A stretch of 64,000 nt of DNA. It comes from the human T2T-CHM13v2.0 reference genome, Homo sapiens. The position numbers and the translations under genes are program-made. The notes under the pieces were generated by a model that searched no databases, was not told the origin of the DNA, and was given only the letters and a program-made list of their open reading frames with translations. The stretch lies in assembly GCF_009914755.1 (NCBI RefSeq), contig NC_060937.1. One strand, 5' to 3'. Position 1 is the stretch's first letter; the number at the start of each line of letters is the position of its first letter. Shown in pieces: positions 55,501-64,000 of the stretch.

Positions 55501-56316
55501 CAAAGATCATCTTTATTTCTGCCTTCATTTCGTTATGTACCCAGTAGTCATTCAGGAGCAGGTTGTTCAGTTTCCATGTAGTTGAGTGGTTTTGAGTGAG
55601 TTTCTTAATCCTGAGTTCTAGTTTGATTGCACTGTGGTCTGAGAGACAGTTTGTTATAATTTCTGTTCTTTTACATTTGCTGAGGAGGGCTTTACTTCCA
55701 ACTATGTGGTCAATTTTGGAATAGGTGCAGTGTGGTGCTGAAAAAAATGTATATTCTGTCAACTTGGGGTGGAGAGTTCTGTAGATGTCTATTAGATCCT
55801 CTGGTGCAGAGCTGAGTTCAATTCCTGGGTATACTTGTTAACTGTCGCTTTGGTCTGTCTAATATAGACAGTGGGATGTTAAAGTCTCCTATTATTAATG
55901 TGTGGGAGTCTAAGTCTCTTTGTAGGTCACTCAGGACTTGCTTTATGAATCTGGATGCTCCTGTATTGGGTGCCTATATATTTAGGATAGTTAGCTCTTC
56001 TTGTTGAATTGATCCCTTTACCATTATGTAATGGCCTTCTTTGTCTCTTTTGATCTTTGTTGGTTTAAAGTCTGTTTTATCAGAGACTAGGATTGCAACC
56101 CCTGCCTTTTTTTATTTTCCATTTACTTGGTAGATCTTACTCCATCGTTTTATTTTGAGCCTATGTGTGTCTCTGCACGTGAGATAGGTTTCCTGAATAC
56201 AGCACACTGATGGGTCTTGACTCTTTATCCAAATTGCCAGTCTATGTCTTTAATTGGAGCATTTAGTCCATTTACATTTAGAGTTAATATTGTTATGTGT
56301 GATTTTGATCCGTCTT
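52502..56316 (-). pseudogene. L1 ORF2p (APE endonuclease, reverse transcriptase, C-terminal domain), disrupted
   Basis: Fragments at 55184-55762 (SDHSAIKLE, endonuclease), 53589-55040 ([10 protein letters not shown]; catalytic FADD changed to FAED), 53098-53550 and 52715-52897. Start codon mutated (CAT to CTT on + strand at 56314-56316). Multiple stops and frameshifts. Confidence 0.95.
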
Positions 56317-56379
56317 TATGATGTTAGCTGGTTATTTTGCTCTTTAGTTGATGTAGTTTCTTACTAGCCACAATGGTCT

Positions 56380-57396
56380 TTACAATTTGGCATGATTTTG
56401 CAGTGGCTGGTACTGGTTGTTTCTTTCCATGTTTAGTGCTTCCTTCAGGAGCTCTTTTAGGGCAGGCCTGGTGGTGACAAAATCTCTCAGCATTTGCTCG
56501 TCTGTAAAGTATTTTATTTCTCCTTCACTTCTGAAGCTTAGTTTGGCTGGATATCAAATTCTGGGTTGAAAATTCTTTTCTTTAAGAATGTTGAATATTG
56601 GTCCCCACTCTCTTCTGGCTTGTAGAGTTTCTGCCAAGAGATCAGCTGTTAGTCTGATGGGCTTCCCTTTGAGGGTAACCTGACCTTTCTCTCTGGCTGA
56701 CCTTAACATTTTTTCCTTCATTTCAACTTTGGTGAATCTGACAATTATGTTTCTTGGAGTTCCTCTTCTCGAGGAGTATCTTTGTGGCATTCTGTGTATT
56801 TTCTGAATCTGAATGTTGGCCTGCCTTGCTAGATTGGGGAAGTTCTCCTGGATAATATCCTGCAGAGTGTTTTCCAACTTAGTTCCAATCTCCACATCAC
56901 TTTCAGGTACACCAATCAGACATAGATATGGTCTTTTCACATAGTCCCATATTTCTTGGTGGTTTTGTTAATTTCTTTTTATTCTTTTTTCTCTAAACTT
57001 CCCTTCTCACTTCATTTTATTCATTTCATCTTCCATCACTGATACCCTTTCTTCCAGTTGATTGCATTGTCTCCTGAGGCTTCTGCATTCTTCGCGTTGT
57101 TCTGGAGCCTTGGCTTTCAGCTCCATCAGCTCCTTTAAGCCCTTCTCTGTATAGGTTATTCTAGTTATACATTCGTCAAATTTTTTTTCAAAGTTTTTAA
57201 CTTCTTTGCCTTTGGTTTGAATTTCCTCCTGTAGCTCGGAGTGGTTTGATCGCCTGAAGCCTTTTTCTCTCAACCTGTCAAAGTCATTCTCTGTCCAGCT
57301 TTGTTCCATTGCTGGTGAGGAACTGCATTCCTTTGGAGGAGGAGAGGCACTTTGTTTTTTAGAGTTTCCAGTTTTTCTACTCTGTTTTTTCCTCAT
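56380..57396 (-). pseudogene. L1 ORF1p (coiled-coil/RRM/CTD RNA-binding protein), disrupted by premature stops
   Basis: MRKKQSRKTGNSKKQSASPPPKE... (57007-57396) and ...RLTADLLAETLQARREW... (56554-56940) are in the same frame. The span of 1017 nt is the canonical length; in-frame stops at ~57007 and ~56554. Confidence 0.95.
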
Positions 57397-57523
57397 CTTT
57401 GTGGTTTTATCTACTTTTGGTCTTTGATGATGGTGATGTACAGTTGGGTTTTTGCTGTGGATGTCCTTTCTGTTTGTTAGTTTTCCTTCTAACAGGTAGA
57501 CCCTCAGCTGCAGGTCTGTTGGA

Positions 57524-57652
57524 GTTTGCTAGAGTTCCACTCCAGATCCTGTTTGCCTGGGTATCAGCAGCGGTGACTGCAGAACAGTGGATTTTCATGA
57601 ACCACGAATGCTGCTGTCTGATCTTTGCTCTGGAAATTTTGTCTCAGAGGAC
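57524..57652 (-). promoter_or_regulatory. ~129-bp 5'UTR segment (ZNF93-binding region) that is deleted in late L1PA3, L1PA2 and L1HS
   Basis: Extra sequence TTTGCTAGAG...GTCTCAGAGGA lies between CAGGTCTGTTGGA and TACCCGGCTGTGTGAGG, which are contiguous in L1HS. Confidence 0.75.
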
Positions 57653-57978
57653 TACCCGGCTGTGTGAGGTGTCAGTCTGCCCCTACTGGGTTGTGCCTCT
57701 CAGTTAGGCTGTTCATAGTTCAGGGGTCAGGGACCCACTTGAGGAGGCAGTCTGCCCGTTCTCAGATCTCCAGCTGTGTTCTGGGAGAACCACTGTTCTC
57801 TTCAAAGCTGTCAGACAGGGACATTTAAGTCCGCAGAGGTTACTGCTGCCTTTTTGTTTGTCTGTGCCCTGCTCTCAGATGTGGAGCCTACAGAGTCATG
57901 CAGGCCTCCTAGAGCTGTGGTGGTCTACACCCAGTTCGAGCTTTCCAGCAGCTTTGTTTACCTAAGAAAGCCTGGGCA

Positions 57979-58195
57979 ATGGAGGTTGCCCCACCACCAG
58001 CCTTACTGCCACCTTGTACTTTGATCACAGACTGCTGTGCTAGCAATCAGTGAGACACTGTGGAGGTAAGACCCTCCGAGCCAGGTGTGGGATATAATAT
58101 CCTGGTGTGCCATTTTTTAAGCCTGTTTAAAAAGTGCAGTATTAGTGTGGGAGTGACCTGATTTTCCAGGTGCCATCTGTCGCCCCTTTATTTGA
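57979..58195 (+). pseudogene. L1 antisense ORF0 remnant, truncated
   Basis: ATG at 57979 gives MEVAPPPALLPPCTLITDCCASNQ* (ORF0 reads MAGAPPPASLPPCSLISDCCASNQR...); CGA to TGA stop at 58051-58053. Confidence 0.75.
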
Positions 58196-58410
58196 TTAGG
58201 AAAGGGAACTCCCTGACCACTTCCACTTCCCATGTGAGGAAACGCCTCGCTCTGCTTCAGCCCATGCATGGCACCCTGCACCCAGTATCCTGTGCCCACA
58301 GTCTGGCACTCCCTAGTGAGATGAACCTGGTATCTCAGATGGAAATGAAGAAATCACCCATCTTCTGTGTTGCTCATGATAGGAACTGTAGAACAGAGCT
58401 GTTCCCATTT

Positions 58411-58420
58411 GGCCATCTTG
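58411..58420 (-). promoter_or_regulatory. YY1 binding site at the L1 5' end
   Basis: GGCCATCTTG on + is CAAGATGGCC on the L1 strand, at the canonical position about +13 to +21. Confidence 0.8.
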
Positions 58421-58442
58421 ACTGCTGCCTCATTTGCCAGTT

Positions 58443-61400
58443 TGCTTCTGTGTAGTTATTATGTGAGAATATTTCCTTTACTACCATAGGCTGCAAAGGG
58501 CTCAAAATATCCACTTGCAGATTCTACAAAAAGAGAGTTTCAAAACTGCTCAATCAAAAGATAGGTTCAACTCGGTGAGTTGTATGCACACATTCCAAAG
58601 AAGTTTCTCTAAATGCTTCTGCATAGTTTTTTTGTGAAGATATATCCATTTCCAACATAGTCCACAAAGTGCTCCAAATATCCACTTGCAGATTCTACAA
58701 AATGAGTGTTTCAAAACTGCTCAATCAAAAGAATGGTTCATCATTGTGAGATGAAATCACACATCACAAAGAAGTTTCTCAGAATGCTTCTGTGTAGTTC
58801 TCATGTGAATATATTTCCTTTTCCACCATAGGCCTCAATATGATCCAAACATCCAATTTTAGATACCACAAAAAGAGTGTTTCCAAACTGCTCAATCAAA
58901 AGAAAGGTTCAATTCTGTGAGATGAAGGCACACATGACCAAGACGTTCCTCAGAATTCTTTTTTGTAGTTTTTATGTGAAGGTATTTCCTTTCCCACTAT
59001 AGGCTGCAAAGGGCTCCAAATATCCTCCTGCGGATTCTACAAAAAGAGAGTTTCAAAACTGCTCAATCAAAAGATAGTTTCAACTCTGTGAGTTTAATGC
59101 ACACTTAACAAAGTTGTTTCTCAGAATGCTTCTGTGTAGTTTTTATGTGAAGATATTCCCGTTTCCACCATAGGCCTTGAAGCACTCCAAATATCCACTT
59201 GCAGATTCTACAAAAATAAAGTTTCGAAACTGCTGAATGAAAATAAAGGTTTAACACTGTGAGATGAATGCAAATATTGTACAGAAGTTTTTCAGAATGA
59301 TTCTGTGCAGTTTTTATGTGAAGGTATTTCCTTTTCCACAATAGGAATCTAAGAGCTCCAAATATCAACTTGCAGATTCTACATAGAGAGTTTTTCAAAA
59401 CTGCTCAATCAAAAGAAAAGTTCAATTCTGTGAGATGAATGCACACATCCCAAAGAGGTTACTTGGAATGCTTCTGTGTACATTTCATGTGAAGATATTT
59501 TCTTTTCAACAATAGGCCTCAAAGCGCTCCAATTATCCACTTGCAGATTCTACAAAAAGAATGTTTCAAAACTACTAACTGAAAAGAAAGATTCATCTCT
59601 GTGAGATGAATGCACACATCACCATGAAGTTTCTCAGAATGATTCTGTGCAGTTTTTAGTTGAAGATATTCCCATTTCCACCATAGGCCACAAATGGCCC
59701 CAAATATCCACTTGTAGATTCTACAAAAAGATAGTTTCAAAACTGTTCAATGAAAAAATAGGTTCAACACCGTGAGTTGAATGCACACATCACAGAGAAG
59801 TTTCTCAGAAAGTTTCTGTGTAGTTTTTATGTGAAGATGTTTCCTTTTACACAATAGACCTCAAAGTGCTCCAAATATTCACTTGCAGATACTTCAAAAA
59901 GATTGTTTCAAAACTGCTCAATCAAGAGAAATGTTCATCTCTGTGAGATGAATGCACACATCACAAAGAAGTTTCTCAGAATACTTCTGTCTGTTTTTTA
60001 TGTGAAGGCATTTCCTTTTCCACAACAGGCCACAAAAGGCTGTAAATGTCCACTTGCAGATACTACAAAAAGAGAGTTTCAAAATGGCTTAATCAAAAGA
60101 TAGGTTCATCTCTGTGAATTGAATGCACACATCACAAAGGAGTTTCTCAGAATACTTCTGTCTAGTTTTCATGTGAAGGCATTTCCTTTTCCCCCATAGG
60201 CATCAAATGGTTCCAAACATACACCTGCAGATACTACAAAAAGAGAGCTTCAAAACTGCTCATCAAAAGATTAATTCACATCTGTGAGTTGAATGCAAAC
60301 AACACAAAGAATTTTCTCAGAATGCTTCTGTGTGGTCTTAAGTTATTTCCTTTTCCACAATAGGCCTCAAAGCGTTCCAAATATGAACTTGCAGATTATC
60401 CAACAACAGTGTTTCAATACTGCTCAATCAAAAAAAAAAAGGTACAACTCTGTGAGATGAAGGCACACATCACAAAGAAGTTTCTCAGAATGATTCTGTG
60501 TAGATTTTATGTGAAGATATTTCGTTTTCCAAAATAGGCCTCAAAGCCCTCCAAATATCCACATGCAGATTCTACAAAGTGAGTGTTTCAAAACTACTCA
60601 ATCAAAAGAAAGGTTCAACTCTGTGAGTTGAATACACACATCACAAAGAAGTTTCTCAGAATGCTTCCATGTACTTTTTACATAAAGATATTTCCTATTC
60701 CACCATAGGCATCAAAGCGCTCCAAATACCCTCTTGCAGAACCTACAAAAAGAGTGTCACAAAACTGCTCAATCAAAAGAACGTTCAACTCTTTGAGATG
60801 AAAGTAGATATCACAAAAATGTTTCTCAGAATGCTTCTGTGTAGTTTTTATGTGAAATATTTGCTTTTCCAGAGTAGGCCTCAAAGCGCTTCTAATATCC
60901 ACTTGCAGATTCTGCAAAAACTGTGTTTCATAACTGTGCAACCAAAAGAAAGTTTCAACTCTGTGAGATGAAAGCACACAATGCAAAGACTCTTCTCAGA
61001 ATGCTTCTGTGTAGTTTTTATGTGAAGATATTGCCTTTTGGACAATAAGCTTCAAAGCGCTCCAAGTAACCTCTTGCAGATTCTACAAAAAGAGTGTTTC
61101 AAAACTGCTCAATCAAAAGAGAGGTTCAACTCTGTGAGATGAATGCACACATCACAAAGAAGTTTCTCAGACTGCTCCTGTGTAGTTTTTTTTTGAAGAT
61201 ATTTCCGTTTCCACCATAGGCCACAAAGGACTCCAAACATCCAGTTGCATATTCTACTAAAAGAGATTCAAAACCGCTCAATCTAAAAATAAGTTGAACT
61301 CCGTGAGTTGAATGTACACATCTCAAAGAATTTTCTCAGAATGCTACTGTGTAGTTTTTATGTGAAGATATTTCCTTTTTCAAAACAGGCCTCAAAGACC

Positions 61401-64000
61401 CCAAATATCCACTTGCAGATTCTACAAAAAGTGTGTTTCAAAACTGCTTGATCAGAAGACATCTACAATCTGTGTGATGAATGTACTCATCTCAAAGTAG
61501 TCTCTCAGAATGCTTCTGTGAAATTTTTATGTGAAGATATTTCCTTTTCCACAATAGGCCTCAAAGCGCTCCAAATATCCACTTTCAGATTCTACAAAAA
61601 GAAAGATTCAAAACTGCTCAAACAAACCCTAGGTTAAACTCTGTGTGTTGAATTCACAATTCACGAAGAAATTTATCAGAATGCTACTGTGTAGTTTTTA
61701 TTTGAAGATTTTTTTTTGCACAATCTGCATCAAAGTTCTCCAAATATCAAAAGGCAGATTCTACAAAAAGAGTGTTTCAAAACTGCTCAATCAAAAGAAA
61801 GGATTAACTCTGTGAGATGGATGCACACATCACAAAGAAGTTTCTCAGAAAGCTTCTGTGTGGTCTTTAAGTGAAGATATTTTCTTTTAAAGAGTAGGCC
61901 TCATGCGCTCCAAATATCCACTTGCAGATTCTACAAAAAGAGTGTTTCAAAACTGCTCAATCATAAAATAGGTTCAAACATGTGAGCTGAACGCACACAT
62001 CACACAGAAGTTTCTCAGAATGCTTCTGTGTAGTTTTTATGTGAAGATATTTCCTTTACCACCACAAGCCTCAAAGCACTCCAAATATCCACATGCAGAT
62101 TCTACAAAAAGAGTGTTTCAAAACTGCTCAATCAAAAGAAAGATTCATCTCTGTAAGGTGAATGCACATATCACAATGTAGCTTCTGAGAAGGCTTCAGT
62201 GTACCTTTTATGTGAAGATATTTCCTTTTCCACAATGGCCTCAAACTGCTCCAAATATCCACTTGCACATTCTACAAAAAGAGTATTTCACAACTGCTCA
62301 ATCATAAGATAGGTTCAACTCTGTGAGATGAATGCACACATCACAAAGAAGTTTCTCAGAATGCTTCTGTGTAGGTTTTATTTGAAGACATTTCCTTTCC
62401 CACCACAGACCGCAAATTGCTCCAAATATCCACTTGCAGATTCTATAAAAAAAGAGATTCAAAACTGATCAATCATAAGATAGGTTCAACTCTGTGAGAT
62501 GTATGCACATTTCACAAAGAAGTTTCTCTGAATTCTTCCGTATAGTTTTTATGTGAAGATATTTCCTTTTCCACAATAGGCCTCAAAACGCCCCAAATAT
62601 CCACTTTCAGATTCTACAACTAGAGTGTTTCAAATCTACTAAATCATAAGACAGTTTCAAATCTGTGAGATGAATTCACAAATCACAAATATGTTTATCA
62701 GAATACTTCTGTGTAGTTTTCACATTAAGATATTTCATTTTCCACAATAGGCCTCAAAGCACTCCAAATATCCACTTGCAGATTCTACAAAAAGATTGTT
62801 TCAATACTGCACAATCATAAGACAGGTTCAACTGTGTGAGATGAATGCAGACATCACAAAGAAGTTTCTCAGAATGCTTCTGTGAAGTTTTTATGTGAAG
62901 ATATTTGCTTTTCCACAGTAGGCCTCAAAGCACTCCAAATATGCACTTGAAGATTCTACAAAAACAGTGTTCCAAAACTTTTGAATCATAAGATAGGTTC
63001 AACTCTGTGAGTTGAATGCACACATTGCAAAGAAATTCCTCAGAATGCTTCTGGGTAGTTTTTATTTGAAGATATTTCCTTTTCCTCCATAGGCCACAAA
63101 GGGCTCCAAATGTCCACTTGCAGATCCTACAAAAAGTGGGAATGAAAACTGCTCAATGAAAAGATATGTTCAACTCTGTGAGTTTAATGCACATATCACC
63201 AAGTAGTTTCTCAGAATGCTTCTGTGTAATTTTTATGTGAAGATATTACCTTTTTCACAATAGGCAACATGGGCTCCAAATACACACTTGCACTTTCTAC
63301 AAAAAGAGTGTTTCAAAACTGTTCAATCATAAGATAGGTTCAACATTGTGAGATGAAAGCACACATCACAAAGAAGTTTCTCAGAATGCTTCTGTGTAGT
63401 TCTCATGTGAAGATATTTCCTTTTCCACCATAGGCCACAAAGTGATACAAACATCCACTTGTAGATACTACAAAAAGAGTGCTTCCAAACTGCTCAATCA
63501 AAAGAAAGGATCAACTCTGTGAGATGAAGGCACACATGACCAAGACGTTCCTCAGAAATCTTTTTTGTAGTTTTTATGTGAAGGTATTTCCTATTCCACC
63601 ATAGGCCGAAAAGGGCTCCAAATATCCTCTTGCAGATTCTACAAAAAGAGAGATTCAAAACTGCTCAATCAAAAGATACTTTCTACTCTGTGAGTTTAAT
63701 GCACACTTAACAAAGTTGTTTCTCAGAATGCTTCTGTGTAGTTTTTATGTGAAGATATTCCCATTTCCACTATAGGCCTCGAAGCGCTCCAAATATCCAC
63801 TTGCAGATTCCACAAAAATAAAGTTTCAAAACTGCTGAGTGAAAAGAAAGGTTCAACACTGTGAGATGAATGCACATATCGCAAAGAAGTTTCTCCGAAT
63901 GATTCTGTGCAGTTTTTATGTGAAGATATTTCCTTTTCCACAATAGGAATCTAAGCACTCCAAATATCAACTTGCAGATTGTACAGAAAGAGTGTTTCAA
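58443..64000 (-). repeat. Monomeric alpha satellite (layer 2 continued)
   Basis: Resumes at TGCTTCTGTGTAG in the monomer phase at which it was interrupted; same diagnostic motifs as 37621-52272. Confidence 0.92.

Larger units (their letters stand above)
52273..58431 (-). mobile_element. Full-length LINE-1, L1PA3/L1PA4-like (~6.16 kb), inactive
   Basis: T-rich tail at 52267-52300; L1 3'UTR; ORF2 and ORF1 peptides; 5'UTR ending ...GAGCTGTTCCCATTTGGCCATCTTG, the reverse complement of the L1 start. 3'UTR TCATTTAGCATTAGG and CCAATTTCATCC resemble L1PA3. Subfamily call is by eye. Confidence 0.97.
57397..58431 (-). promoter_or_regulatory. L1 5'UTR internal Pol II promoter (sense and antisense), CpG-decayed
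   Basis: ~1035 bp upstream of ORF1 with recognisable L1PA 5'UTR sequence; many CpGs replaced by TpG/CpA. Confidence 0.88.

Noticed and set aside
52419-58455. Plus-strand ORFs within the L1 (e.g. 52419-52727, 53980-54261, 57399-57707)
   Set aside because: They are antisense frames of L1 sequence; only the truncated ORF0 is a known product.
59157-59173. Half CENP-B box TCCCGTTTCCACCATAG
   Set aside because: The CGGGA half is present but the TTCG half is absent, so it is not a functional box.
1-64000. Strand inversion of the satellite
   Set aside because: All monomers read in the same orientation on both sides of the HOR boundary and of the L1.

Overview
Primate (most likely human/hominoid) pericentromeric DNA with no credible host gene. 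1-~31,430 is the edge of an alpha-satellite higher-order-repeat (HOR) array with a ~3,914-bp, 23-monomer unit. It holds nine copies: five canonical 23-mers, a 25-mer, a 10-mer, a 22-mer and a truncated terminal copy missing 4 monomers. The array passes abruptly and in phase into divergent monomeric alpha satellite (~31,430-52,272 and 58,443-64,000), which shows at least two sequence layers and several local duplications. A full-length (~6.16 kb), inactivated L1PA3/4-like LINE-1 is inserted on the minus strand at ~52,273-58,431. All monomers have one orientation and carry the A-type (pJalpha) box; I found no CENP-B box. The most unusual signal is a 1,706-bp near-identical tandem duplication with reciprocal chimeric monomers at its two junctions, the pattern expected if an extrachromosomal satellite circle re-integrated. 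I see no evidence of a new protein-coding system; the novelty is structural and evolutionary.
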